Source of the DNA: Selaginella moellendorffii
Taxonomy: Eukaryota > Plantae > Lycopodiophyta
Direction of reading: 5' to 3'
Assembly (NCBI RefSeq): GCF_000143415.4
Contig: NW_003314275.1
Coordinates: 1 to 64,000 of the forward strand
DNA: 64,000 nucleotides
Below, in pieces: positions 22,228 to 35,629 of this stretch. The notes beneath the pieces were generated by a model. It saw only the letters and a program-made list of their open reading frames with translations. It had not been told where the DNA came from and made no database searches. Position numbers and translations under genes: made by a program. Numbering within the stretch: position 1 is the stretch's first letter; each line of letters opens with the position of its first letter.

Positions 22228-24303
22228 AAGTTCCCAACAGGTCGCATGGCTAACGATTGGATCAATGCAACGCTAGGCCAGGGAATCCTCATGAAGATGA
22301 TGCTGCCACATGGAAAGGGCTGCTACACAGTTGTCTTTGAGACAGAGGAGGCACGGTCTCAGGCGGAGGCCATGCATGGCCTCATTGATGAGAATTGGGC
22401 GGTGTCATTCCACCCATGGATCCCAAGGTTCACCGCAGAGGACCAGGCTCGTCTCAAGGGCGGGAGCTTTCCAGTGAACATTGCATTGTGGGATGTTCCC
22501 ATGGAAATGCGGATCACACTGGTGATACAGGAGCTGGTTGAAGGAAGTATCGGCCAGATAGCGGCCGGCCTCGACACTGTAGAAGCAGAGGGTGTTCTAG
22601 GTCCCATCCGCCTCAAAGTTTTCGTGTCAGCCCCGGCAGAGATTGCAGTGCTGGGCCAGTATATCAGGATCCAAACGGAGAACTCAGAACCTAGATGCAA
22701 CTTTTGTCAGCGTGCTGGACACCGGGAGGAGGCCTGCTCAGTCAAGCGGAACAGGTTGGCATCCCAGAAGCCGTTTGAGTTACCTGTAGAGCAGGAGCGG
22801 ATCTTGAAGGCACGCCCTCTGGACCAAGCTCCCCACATTCGCTTCCCGGTCGCCCCACCACTCTTGGGCTCATCCTCACAGCCCAAACTGTTCGAGGGAC
22901 CTATTACAGATGTCGAAGGAGATGGCTTCCAGCCGGTCCTCCCTCGAACAGTAGGAATGGCGGTCAGGTGGATTCCCCCTAAGCGGGAATTAAGTCCCAC
23001 AGAGGCGGGAGACTGGCTGATGTGCCGCGGGAACACAACCTTCCCAAAGGTCGTCACTATTGGAGACTACCACACACGCATGGAGAGTGCTATCACTGAG
23101 TGGACGGGCTTTGCAAAGTACACTGTCCGAGGCTTCTCCTGGACGAAGCACAGGGGGAAGATGACTGCGGTGTGGACCATCTCCACAGAATGGAGGGCGA
23201 GACCCCGTAACTCCTCACTTTCTTGGAAGTACGTGGCTCCATGACAACTCTCACGCTCGTCACCTGGAACTGTCGGGGACTTAGCTGGACCGGCAGTCGA
23301 CTCAACAAAAGGGCGCAGCTCAAGTCCCACATCCGGGAGATCAGCTTAGAAGGAGATATCGACATCCTATGCTTGCAAGAGCACAAAATGACTGTGGCCC
23401 CAGACTACACCTTTGGAATGAGGGGACGGCTCTGGTGGAACCCGGCCACGCAAGCAGTGGCCAGACCAGGAGGGGGCACAGCAATGGTAGTCTCAACCAA
23501 ATGGTCTGCTCAGGTACGAAACCACCTTGTCCTCGTCCCAGGAAAGGCTCAATTGCTTGTCCTTCACGTCCACTTTGGACGGGTGGGGATAATCAACGTC
23601 TATGCACCAACGAAGAAAGGGAGACGTGCAGAATTCTGGCTGAGTGTGTTACAGTCTGCCCAGGGGCAAGCAGATGAATGGCTGGTCCTGGGAGATTTCA
23701 ACATGGTCGAGGACGTCTGTGATCGCAGGGGTATGCAGGAAACAATTCAGCCACGTGAACAGAAGCAGTGGAGTCAGCTCATGGACATACTGGGGCTCAT
23801 GGACCTTCAGCATGCTGCGGGATTCGCACCTCACGCTCACCCTTCTACAAGGCGACAGACAGTATCCTCCCAGTCGAGACTGGACCGGATTTACGCCTCA
23901 TCTCGCATACGGCAGGATGGGGGAAGCCTTAAAACGTGGCTGGGATTTGCCTCCTTCTCAGATCACGACCCCCTCAGATGCGTGATCCAGCTCCAAAGGG
24001 ACAAAGGGACAGCGGTCCAGCGATCAATCACTAGAGCCACGCTGGGAGACCCGGTGGCGATTGGGCTTATACACGACGCTCTTGCGCAGAACAAGCTGGG
24101 GCTGATCCCTGTGCTCTTGTCTTGCTCACAGAAGCTCCGGGCGCGCCAGAAGGATCTCAAAGGGGCGGTGATGAAGGACCTTAGACTGGCCAGGAAGAAG
24201 GTCGCAGCAGCACACAGGATGTTGCTGAACACGCAAGATGAGTTCAAGTGGCAAACAATACTGGATGAACGTGAAGCAGAGCTACGTGACATGGAGTACG
24301 CTG
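22228..24303 (+). mobile_element. Second LINE copy, truncated at both ends (partial ORF1 22246-23244; APE part of ORF2 23241-24303)
   Basis: Near-identical to 16474-18561 with scattered SNPs and a 12-bp in-frame deletion (PAEIPTEIAV to PAEIAV). Confidence 0.93.
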
Positions 24304-25109
24304 TTCCGTGAACTGCTCACTGTTCCAAAAGACTATACCACCGCTTGCAGGCTTCGGCAAGACCAAGTGTAGACAATCTGTGCTATCTCCACCCTGTCTC
24401 AAGTCCGTGCAGCGCCTCGTCACTGGGGGCTGTGGGCTGGATCGGGGCCTCACACTTGAGGAACGAGCTGGTGAAGCTGGGAGTGAAGCTCTGGGCTTGT
24501 TTGTCAGGTCCGACAAGCATCTGTGGGCAAACTTCAGTGTCCAAAGAGGCAGCTCCTTGTTCAGTCCTAGGACCACGGCTGAACGATCTGGCTCTCTGGA
24601 GATCTCTTGGCTTGGTTGTGCCTCTGAATGGGGGATTGTGAACTCACCTTCTAGTGAGGCTTCCATGTTGAGCCTGCAGGACAGAAGTGCATCGTCCTGT
24701 TCCCCTCTGTTTTTGGACGTTCTGGGTGGGGCAGACTTGAGTTCTCCTGTCCCACGTCCTGGCTCCGACCATGACCTTGTAGCAGTCCTTGTGGAAGCCG
24801 AATGCTGAGGCCCCTACCTTGCGCTCCTCAACCTTGAGAGCTTAGATTGCTAGGCATGGATGCCGTGACTCCCTTGTGGCTGTTCTCTATATTGCTAGCA
24901 AGAGAGTTAGTACACAGCAGAAACAAAGAAAGGGGAACAATGCTGCCCTGAATCTCAAGGCAGATGCCCCTGCCGACAGTAACAAGTGCGAGGAGATTGC
25001 ATGCTCTCCCCTGTGCGTTCTTCTACCTCTAGCTACACTGTTGATCACGGTAGCCATGGTGCTAGGTGCCTTTCACCACCGCCTCCCCTAAACTCGTCCA
25101 ACATTAGGG

Positions 25110-25840
25110 TTTTCCGTGCATGGAGGTTGGGTTCAAGTCCCAACCCTCTAATGCTTGGGTTCAAGTCCCAACTCATTAGGGTGTGGTAATGGTTTGGAAT
25201 ATAAGGATGCTTATTTTTCGATGGCCATGGACTCTCAATAAAGAGATTGGCTTGGGCACATTGCCAAGCGGGGAATGCCCTAAAGTTGTGATACATGGTT
25301 AGATTGTTTAGTGTGAAAGTCTGGCATATTTAACTTGAACACTTTGGTACAAGTGGCACTAAGAATGTAGTAAATGAAATGGGGGCATCCAGTCTCAATT
25401 GCTATGAACCCTTGGTTAGAAGGGCTACCTTGGGTGCATTGCCAAGTGTATGCCCTCAGGGTCATGGTCAATAATTTAAAGGTTTGTAAGATTTAGTACT
25501 TATTAGCAAACTTGTTAAAGTGTCAAAGTTAGATTATTAGGTGATCTTACGGTTAAAGAAGAACAAGGTCCTTATGAAGTTAAGGAATAAGCTTCCTAGT
25601 TCAAAGTATTGATTTCAACTATTGGTAATAGTGTGGCTTGGTCAAGGTGACCAAGTGGGAATGACACCTAAGAAAAATAAATTACAACAATACAATAGTA
25701 TTATGAGTTCAAAAAAATAGTTTCTAAGAAAGGACCCATGAGTGGGTTGCAAGGTTGGACCATGGATAAAGTGTATACATAAATATATTGGAGAGACTTA
25801 CTAAGGGTGAACACCTTTTAAACTTAGTAAAGCATAGCCT
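25110..25840 (+). mobile_element. Decayed fragment of the LARD-like (family B) internal region
   Basis: Aligns by eye to 49710-50430 with mostly C>T/G>A changes. Confidence 0.75.
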
Positions 25841-26542
25841 TTAATTACACCAACTTAAATGAGTTAAGATATAATGCAAATGCATTACCAATTTAAACAC
25901 CTTTTGGTCATCATTGATAAAGAAATGACCAACATAGTTAGCCACTCTAATTGCTCTGAATGTTATTCAGCTTACAAAAGTGTAATATGCCTCTACCTGT
26001 AGAAATATAGAGAGAGAAGGTAAAGGCCTCAACCCTTATGAACAAAGAAACCAAACTCGTCAATAAGGTTTAAATAGACTACTGTAAATAAGCAGTTAGA
26101 ATTATTTACAAGGTCATGCCTTTTACCAAAATAAAGAACATCAACAAAGAGGTGGGTGATATGACCAATCAACAGTAGCTGCCCTATAACTAGATATTTC
26201 ACCATTCACACAAAGTGTCAAAGCTAATCTACCCATACTGGCCCAAACAGAAAGATCAGGAAATAGACAATATTAAAGTCATAGATAATGATATCTTAGA
26301 GACTTAATTATCAATGAATAAATCTTATATATGAACATCAAAGTATTCTAAATAAGTTATCATCCGAGAAACCAAAATTATAGTATAAGAACTATCAAGA
26401 TCATCATAATTGAAAAATATAGGATTCATCATTGAACAAAATTCAATAGCTAGTGTATCATTAAAAAAACTCAATGATAAACTTAACAATCAAAGATTGT
26501 AGATAGCATGCTAAACAATTTACCTAAGATAACTCAAACCAA

Positions 26543-28366
26543 CATTTTTAATATCGATCACTAACTCTTCCTTTTGTGAAGTTAACATAGTTATGATTAA
26601 ATTAGTTTTCAAGGAAAAACTCAAAACTCAACCCCTACTAAATAATCTTGTCTAAAACACAATTAATTCAACTTGTCACTCAGCTCGCTTGAATACTAAC
26701 ATAATTGCTAGCTATCAAATGCACTAATGCTAATAACACAAAGCTATAGCCCAAGTATCATCACTATTTACATCGAGACTAATAAAACACAATATCAATC
26801 TTATAGAGAGACATTTCATTTCACTCGAATCTAAATATCAACAATGTCAATGATAAAGCATCACTTCAATGTCATCAATATTAAAACAAAGTTAATAAAA
26901 AGTAAGAGCGAATCACCACTCAAAACTCTTTAGCAACTAAGCTAACCAAAGTCAAAGATACCTTAATTAGTATTCAAGACTAATCCTTTAATAATACTCA
27001 ATTATAAATAACACATCATCAAGGAGTGATTCCCCATATTCAAGACTCAATATAATCTAATACCACGGACTAAATGTAACTAAACGATATCGACAAAAGT
27101 AGAAATCAATATGCCAACATGGAAAAATTATATAAGTTTAACGACACGATCCTTCACAACACTATTCGGTAAAACAAACCCATCACTAATAAATCTTCAT
27201 CAAGTGAAACAAATGTTAATAGTCCTCAATAAAATCTACAAGCAATCACTAGTTGCAAAGCAACTAACAATCACTCTTCAACTTGTCTTCACAAAACCCA
27301 AACACTAAACTCATACTATCAAGTTATATACTTGTTTAATATGAACGTAATATCCCAGGTATCAGATGAAGGTTCATAGATAGACATAGACTAAATGACC
27401 ACTTGAATCCAATCAAACCGCAATAAGCTCACTAATATGTTTAGTCAATTCACCAATAGGTAAAATAAATAATATAATAAATAAAATTGGTAAAAGTAAA
27501 CCTTCCTTATTGGTTAAACATATTGGTGAGTTTATTGCAATTTGATTAAATTTAAGTGGTTATTTAGTTTGTATTTATCTATGAACCTTTATCTCATATT
27601 TGGGGTATTACTGAGTTTAGTGTTTAGATCTTGTGAAAGCAAGTTGAAGAATGATTGTTAGTTATTTTGTAACTAGTGATTTCTTGTAGATTTTGTTGAG
27701 GACTATTAATACTTGCTTCATTTGATGAAGATTTATCAATGATAAGCTTGCTTTATCGGATTGTGTCGTTAGACTTTCATAGTTTTTCTATACTGGCATA
27801 TTGATTCTACCTCTATCAATATCATTTAGTTATGTTTAATTTGTAATATTGAATTACATTGAGTCTTGGATATGGGAAATTACTCTTTGATGATGTGTTA
27901 TCTATAATTGAGTATTGTTAAAGGATTGGTCTTGAATACTAATTAAGGTATCTTTGACTTTGGTTAGCTTAGTTGCTAAAGAGTTTTAAATGGTGATTCA
28001 CTTTTGCTTTCTACTAGCTTTGTTTTAATATTGATGATATTGAAGTGATACCCTGTCATTGACATTATTGATATTTAGATTCAAGTGAAATGAGATGTCT
28101 CTCTATAAGATTGATATTGAGTTTCATTAGTCTTGATACAAATAGTAATGATAATTAGGTTATATCTTTGTGTTATTAACATTGGTGCATTTGATAGTTA
28201 GCAATTATGTTAGTGTTCAAATGAGCGGAGTGGCAAATCGAATTAGTTGTGTTTTAGACAAGATTATTTAGTAGGGGATGAGTTTTGAGCTTTTCCTTGA
28301 AAAATGATTTAGTCGTGACTATATTAACTTTACGAGAGGAAGACTTAGTGATCGATATTAAAGATA
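26543..28366. repeat. Long AT-rich inverted repeat (arms ~26543-27444 and ~27513-28366, spacer ~70 bp)
   Basis: For example, AAAACTCTTTAGCAACTAAGCTAACCAAAGTCAAAGATACCTTAATTAGTATTCAAGAC (~26922) is the reverse complement of ~27928-27987. Confidence 0.9.
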
Positions 28367-28659
28367 TTAGTTCTTTGTTGGATTTAAGTTGGGATACATC
28401 AATCATTGATGATTTCTCTTATGCTTGTTATGAAGTGAGTTATGTTTTACTATAGATAGATTCATGGAGGATCAATTGGTAAACACTTGTTGAGCATAGC
28501 TTCATTGTATTTGGCTTTTGAATTGATTCAAAAATATTTTTCATTAGCTTTGGCATTATAAAGTTTAACTTTTAGTTGTGTTAAAAAGAATATTATGGGT
28601 TGTACCATGATTTCTTCTTTAACATTGAAATTAATTCATGTAAGACTCATGATCATTAT

Positions 28660-28880
28660 TAGGCTAGACATGGCTGAAAACTTGGTCTCGTCTCACCATT
28701 TATCATAACTCTACTTGCAACTCTATAGTACAGTAGTGACATTCTTGAGACCATCTCTTCCGGGATGCTAATCTTGCACATACACTCCTCAAAGAACCTA
28801 TAGTCCACATAATTGTAGGCCTTCTCAAAATCTAGTAACCACACTACAATTTGTTAGTTGGAGATCTCTACCCATCTCTT
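28660..28880 (-). pseudogene. Old LINE RT fragment related to the telomeric LINE
   Basis: WLLDFEKAYNYVDYRFFEECM..SRVMINGETRPSF. Confidence 0.85.
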
Positions 28881-30870
28881 GTAATTGGTCAGGTTCCAAT
28901 GCATCACCTCGCGGTGAGCCCAGGTTTGCAAGCCTAATATGAAGGCATGGAACGCATCCATATCACCCATATCCGTGACTAGTATCCTCTTTGCCATAAA
29001 CCCATTCACATACTATTGAATGGTTTCGGTCTGCTTCAGCTTACTCAGTTCATCCCTTAGGTGTAGAGTAGCATTCGGAGGAACGTACGTCATATGGATC
29101 CTCACCTTCATCATTTCCCAAGTGGCCACCGGTCCTTCGTTGGCCTCCGTCGTTCTCCACCAAGACTTGGCATTATCTGCCAAGTATGGTTTTGCATATG
29201 GGACCTTCTCTGAGCTCGATAACCGCAACACTCGGAAGTAGTCCTCCATATCGTAAAACCAATCCTCCACCACCTTATAGTCATTCACTCCCTTGAAGAC
29301 CGGTGGGGGCTTTGGTTTGTACTTGGGAACTGCTTGAGGGACTGATTCCACTTCGGTTTGTTCGACCTTGTTTGGTTCTGCCTCAGTCCCAATCGAAGCG
29401 TCCGCACCTTCTGCGCTGCCAGCATCCGTAGTCTTTCGCTTTTTCTTCCGCTTCTCGTCACGCTTTAGCTTGCATACGAGAGTCTCCAGCAGGGCATTGA
29501 TTTGTGCCAATTGTCCTTCTAGAACGTCCAATCGAGCATTGGACGACTGAACCTCACCACCGGACTCCTGTTTGGAAGTTTCCTCATTGGAGTCCTCCTC
29601 ATGCAAGGATTCCTCATCCATAGCTTTTTGTTCAACCGGAGGCTCCAGCTCTGGCGGAGGTTCTGTCTCCGCCTTGGTTTGTTTACACCCCGCCTCTATC
29701 CTTCGCTAGAACTGAGGAAAAGGCTCTGATACCAAATTGTAAACCACAAATTTTTCCTTTCCAATTTGCCAACTTACCTCGTCTATTTGACCAACACTGC
29801 CTTGGCTTTTGCTAAGTTCCCTCGCCAAAGTTCCCGCCTATTGTACCAGCTCCTACTTAGTCCTACTTGGTTTTAGCTACTCACTGCACGAGCAACAGAG
29901 CATTAACCATCCATCCACGGATTCCCAAATCTCTCCCAATCCCCGTCCCCGGGTTAGACTTGACTTAAGGTTATGCTACACTCCCCGCAGGCACAAGCAG
30001 CCAAGCACATCAAACCTCTAAGTTCCTAACATCCCTTGGTACAACAAAACTTGATCATGGGACCCTCTAAATCCCAAGCCTTAGGTGCAACACTTGCTTC
30101 AAGACACCGGGGCGAAACACTATGGCCTAACTGCCCGGTATGGGTACCTCTACCCCCCCACTTCCATCCCAAAGGGCAGGTCCAAGCCCCTAGGAAGGGC
30201 GAGGACCAATGAGCCACAAGGTACTCAAGTGGGGCACCACTCTACATGAGCCGGGAGCACCACAGTTGGTTTCCCTTTCGAGAGTGGGAGCTGCTTTTGA
30301 GCACTTCCTTGGGTGGCCCCTCCGGCACCACCCAAGTCCATGCTCACTCCCACCCAAGGCCCCTCGGCCCTAATCTCAACCTCAAATCAATTTAGAAGCA
30401 CCATTGGAGAGTTCCTTCAAGACTGGTTCCTGGACCTCACTATCCCTATTATACTTTTGGAACCCCTTGCAGCACCCCCCCCCGGGAGATGCACGCTTTG
30501 GGCTTTCACCCCTTGACCTATATTAGTATTTGGACTTGGTCTCGGACTCGATCTCAGACTCAATCTCGGACCCGACTTCGGACTCGGTCTCGCACTCGAT
30601 CTCGAACTCGATCTCAGACCCGACCTCGGACTCGACTTTGGACTCGATCTCGGACTCGGTCTTGGACCCAATTCAGATCTCGGACTCTGTCTCAAACTCA
30701 GTCTCCGATTCGGCCTCGAGCTCAACCCCGAACTCTATCTCAAACTCAATCTCAGAGTCGGTCTTGGACTCGATCTCAGACTCGGTCCCATCTGATGAAT
30801 TCTTTGTCATTTTGGTCATGCTTTCGGGGATCGTTTAGCCTACGACACCTCAGGGAGTTGGTTCCTTACA
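28881..30870 (-). mobile_element. Truncated Gypsy family A copy: 5' LTR 29738-30870, PBS 29723-29734, gag fragment
   Basis: TG..CA LTR ends; TGGTATCAGAGC (tRNA-iMet PBS) on the minus strand; gag ORF 29013-29621. Confidence 0.88.
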
Positions 30871-31239
30871 CTTTTGTCTTGCTAGCCTCACCTCCTTCAA
30901 GACTTCCCCTTTGAGTGTTGCCTACCTTTCCTGAAGCTTGGTGGAGCAAGTACTTGGTGCTAGGATTTACACCTCCACCAGCCCCCCACCATCTTGTCAG
31001 CCTGGTGGAGGTGTAAATCCTATCCATGTGTGCTTAGCACCTCATCAATTGCCGTCTCCTGAATGGATGGGAATGACCAGCAAAACCCTCCACATGCTGG
31101 AGGTCTAGGATTCCCAAGGCTTCCACTAGTGCTATCCAACTCTTCCACTCTCGCCCCTAAATGGTTTCTAGTGACCCTTGATGGTCGCTCAAATCCTCAA
31201 CCATGTTGAAGTCTCCTACCAAGTCTCCTACCATGAACC
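30871..31239 (-). pseudogene. Old LINE APE-domain fragment (continuous with 61098 onward before the Gypsy insertion)
   Basis: DEWFMVGD..GDFNMVED across the GAACC TSD; DRIYTSTR; LKGEVLKEVRLARQK matches LKGVVMKDLRLARKK. Confidence 0.8.
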
Positions 31240-32809
31240 TGTAAGCCACAAAATTTTCCTTTCCAATTTGCCAGCTTACCTCGTCTACCTGACCAACACT
31301 GCCTTGGCTTATGCTAAGTTCCCTTGCCAAGGTTCTCGCCTATTATACCAGCTCCTACTTGGTCCTACTTGGTTTCAGCTACTCACTGCACGAGCAACGG
31401 AGTGTTAGCCATCCATCTACGAATTCCCAAATCTCTCCCAATCCCCCTCCCCGGGTTAGACTGGACTTAAGGTTCGGCTACACTCCCCGCAAGCACAAGC
31501 AGCCAAGCACACCAAACCTCCAGGTTCCTAACACCCCTTGGTACAACAAGACTTGATCATGGGACCCTCTAAATCCCAAGCCTTGGGTGCAGCACTTGCT
31601 TCGGGACGTCGGGGCGAAACACCGTGGCCTAACGGCCCGGAATGGGTACCTCTACCCCCTCACTTCCATCCCGAAGGGAAGGCCCAAGCCCCTAGGAAGG
31701 GCGAGGACCAATGAGCCGCAAGGTACTCAAGTGGGGCACCACTCCACATGAGCTAGGAGCACCGCAGTCGGTTTCCGTTTCGAGAGTGGGAGCTGCTCTT
31801 GAACACTTCCCTGGGTGGCCCCTCCGGCACCAGCCAAGTCCATGCTCACTCCCACCCAAGGCCCCTCGGTCCCAGTCCCAACCTCAAGTCGGTTTGGAAG
31901 CCCAACTGGAGAGTCCCTTCAAAACTGGTTCCTGGACCTCACTATCCCTACTNNNNNNNNNNNNNNNNNNNNNNNNNNNNNNNNNNNNNNNNNNNNNNNN
32001 NNNNNNNNNNNNNNNNNNNNNNNNNNNNNNNNNNNNNNNNNNNNNNNNNNNNNNNNNNNNNNNNNNNNNGGATCCGACTTCGGATTCGGGTCTCGGACTC
32101 AATCTCGGACTCGATCTCGGACCCGATCTGGGACCCGACCTCGGACTCGACCTCGGACTCGGTCTCGGACCCGATTTCGGATCTTGGACTCCGTCTCGAG
32201 CTCGGTCTCGAACTCGGTCTCCGAGTCAGTCTCGGACTCGATTCCAGACTCTATCTCGAACTCAGTCTTATAGTTGGTCTTGGACTTGATCTTAGACTTG
32301 GTCTCATCCGATGAATTCTTTATCATTTTGGTCAAGCTTTCGGGGCTCCTTTAGCCTACGACACCTCGGTGAGTTGGTTCCTTACAACTCCACCACCCAG
32401 AGAAGAAGTTCGATGCCCACATCGAACGTCTCTTTTTTATCCTACGACTTGTTGACCATGTCTCCGGGGGCATCCCCCCACTTAGTGGTGTGCCTAAGTT
32501 AGCCTCCCCGGCCAAGAGCCCATGACAACGGAATATAGGTGTCCCTATACTCCTCACCTCACCACGCCCTAGTATGGGGTCGGGACTTGAACCCAGCCTT
32601 GCTTTACTAGGGGGTTGGGACTTGAGCCCAACCTCCGTAAAATACGTCTACGGATTCGACATCCCCGCAGGGAGTCGGGCGTAGCTCTCTACGCCTGGTC
32701 GACCTAGCTAACCCATGCTAATTAGCTTACCTTTGGCGCGCCTTCGGGTCCCAACATATGCCATTGCTCAACTTCACAAATTGATACTTTAATTGAACTT
32801 TGCATAAGT

Positions 32810-34048
32810 ACATAAAGTTTTGCCTTGCAAAAATTCCTCCACTAGATCTCGCGCATTCGCTAGGTTCTCCTCCGGTTCCCATGTTGCTTCGCAGCGTGGA
32901 AATCTTTTCCACTTCACATGGAACTCTCTCACCTCGCGTCCTTGTCGCTTGCTCCTGCGCGCATTGAGGATGGCCTCGACTTCCTATTCCTCTTCCCCTT
33001 GGATAACCTCAGGTAAACGTCTTACTTGGTCCTTGCAAAGCGGATCCTCAAAATACGGCTTGAATAAGTTCACGTGGAACACGGGATGCATCTTCCCCAT
33101 CTCTCAAGGAAGTCGGAGTCAGTAAGCCACTTTACCGATTCGAGCCTCAATCTCGTAAGGCCCCGCGAACCTGCTTAAGGAACTCAAGATCAATTCATTT
33201 ACAGGAATACATGCATTTTTACCTTTGGGTCAACTTTCGGCTGATCCCACTTGGTAGCCTGAGGTTCTTGGTGTTCAGCCACACCTTCTCCCCAGCTTGG
33301 AACTCTACATCCCAGCGCTTCTGGTTCGCGTACTTAGTTTGCCTTTGTTGAGCTCGTTCCAAGGAATCCCTCATTAGATTCCAAATGTTGAGTCTTTCCG
33401 CCATGAATGCCTCCACTGCGGGTAACTCTCCATGATACTCGGCCACGCCGAGTTCCACAGGACCTTCAATAGCTCGCCCATTGATGACTTCCCATGGACT
33501 CACCCCGATGCTCAAATGTGGTGAGTTCTTATAACACATTTTCGCAAGTCCCAAATGACTTACCCAATTGGTCTGGTCTCCTGAGACATAGCATCGCAAA
33601 TAATCCTCCAGCTGCCTATTCACCCTTTCCGTTTGTCCGTCTGTCAAGAAGTGTTAGTGCCATCAACTTGACTTAATACCCCATACCTGTCTGTGGGTGA
33701 TAGGCTGTGCTGAATTTCAACTTGGTGCGATACTGTTCCAGGAGGGTTCTCCAGAACCTACTGGTGAAGATTTTATCTCGATCTGAGATAATCTCTTCCG
33801 GCCTTCCCCGTACTCGAACCACTTGTTCGAAGAACAGCTTCGCCACACCTTCCGCATCCACTTCCGTTGTGGTGGGTATGAAATGTGCCATTTTCGAAAA
33901 TCAGTCCACCACTACGAATATCGCATCAAACCCCTCGTTTGGGGGAAGTCCCGTGATGAAGTCCATCGTAAGACATTTCCACGGACAATCTGGAATTGGG
34001 ATGCTTTGCAGAAGCCCCCACTAGCCTTAGTCACGGCTTTGACCTGTT
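32810..34048 (-). pseudogene. Integrase core/C-terminus + chromodomain of the outer element, with introns 33641-33686 and 33171-33222
   Basis: [17 protein letters not shown]|DGQTER, KLTQ|RFAGPY, HPVFHVNLFK, EVEAIL..FHVKWKRFPRCEATWEPEENL. Confidence 0.85.
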
Positions 34049-35629
34049 TGTAAGCCACAAATTTTTCCTTTCCAATTTGCTAGCTTACCTCGTCTATCCG
34101 TCCGACCGTGCCTTGGCTTTTGCTAACTTCCCTCGCCAAGGTTCTCGCCTATGGTACCAGCTCTTACTTGGTCCTACTTGCTTTCAGCTACTCACTGCAT
34201 GAGCAACGGAGTGTTAGCCATCCATCCACAGATTCCCAATCTCTCCCAATCCCCCTCCCCGGGTTAAACTGGACTTAAGGTTCGGCTACACTCCCCGCAC
34301 GCACAAGCAGCCAAGCACACCAAGCTTCCAGGTTCCTAACATCCCTTGGTACCACAAGACTTGATCATGGGACCCTCTAAATCCCAAGTCTTGAGTGCAA
34401 CACTTGCTTCGGGACGCTGGGGCGAAACACCGTGGCCTAGCGGCCCGGTATGGGTACCTCTACCCCCCCACTTCCATCCCGAAGGAAGGCCCAAGCCCCT
34501 AGGAAGGGTGAGGACCAATGAGCCGCATGGTACTCAAGTGGGGCACCAATCCATATAAGCCGGGAGCACCGCAATCGGTTTCCCTTTCGAGAGTGGGAGC
34601 TGTTCTTGAGCACTTCCTTGGATGGCCCCTCCGGCACCAACCAAGTCCATGCTCACTCCCACCCAAGGCCCCTCGGTCCCAGTCCCAACCTCAAGTCAGT
34701 TTGGGAGCCCCACTGGAGAGTCCCTTCGAAACTGGTTCCTGGACCTCACTATCCCTACTATACTTTTGGAACCCCCTGCAGCCCCCCTCCCCCCCCCCTG
34801 GGAGACGCACGCTTTGGGCTTTCACCCCTTGACCCGTATTAGTATTTGGACTTAGTCTCTGGCTCGATCTCGGACCCGATTTCGGATCCGACTTCGGATT
34901 CAGTCTCGGACTCGATCTCGTACCCGATCTGGGACCCGATCTCGGACCCGACCTCGGACCCGACCTCAGACTCGACCTCGGACTCGGTCTCAGACCCGAT
35001 TTCGGATCTCAGACTCCATCTCGAACTCGGTCTCGAACTCGGACTCGAACTCGGTCCCTGAATCGGTCTCGGACTCGATTCCGGACTCTATCTCGAACTC
35101 GGTCCTAGAGTCGGTCTTGGACTCGATCCTCGACTTGGTCCCATCCGATGAACTCTTTGTCATTTTGGTCATGCTTTCGGGGTTCCTTTAGCCTACGACA
35201 CCTTGGCGAGTTGGTTCCTTACAACTCCACCACCCATAGAAGAAGTTCGATGCCCACATCGAACGTCTCGTTTTATCCTACGACTTGTTGACCATGTCTC
35301 CGGGGGCATCCCCCCACTTAGTGGTGTGCCTAAGTTAGCCTCCCCGGCCAAGAGCCCATGACAACAGAATATAGGTGTCCCTATACTCCTCACCTCACCA
35401 TGCCCTAATATGGGGTCGGGACTTGAACCCAGCCTTGCTTTACTAGGGGGTTGGGACTCGAACCCAACCTCCGTAAAATACGTCTACGGATTCAACATCC
35501 CTACAAGGAGTCGGGCGTAGCTCCCTACGCCTGGTCGACCTAGCTAACCCATGCTAATTAGCTTACCTTCGGCGCGCCTTCGGGTCCCAACATATGCCAT
35601 TGCTCAACTTCTCAAATTGATACTTTTAA

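Noticed and set aside
24244-24808. ORFs of 140 aa (-) and 166 aa (+) as host genes
   Set aside because: No recognisable motif; some intron-like signals on the minus strand but insufficient for a call
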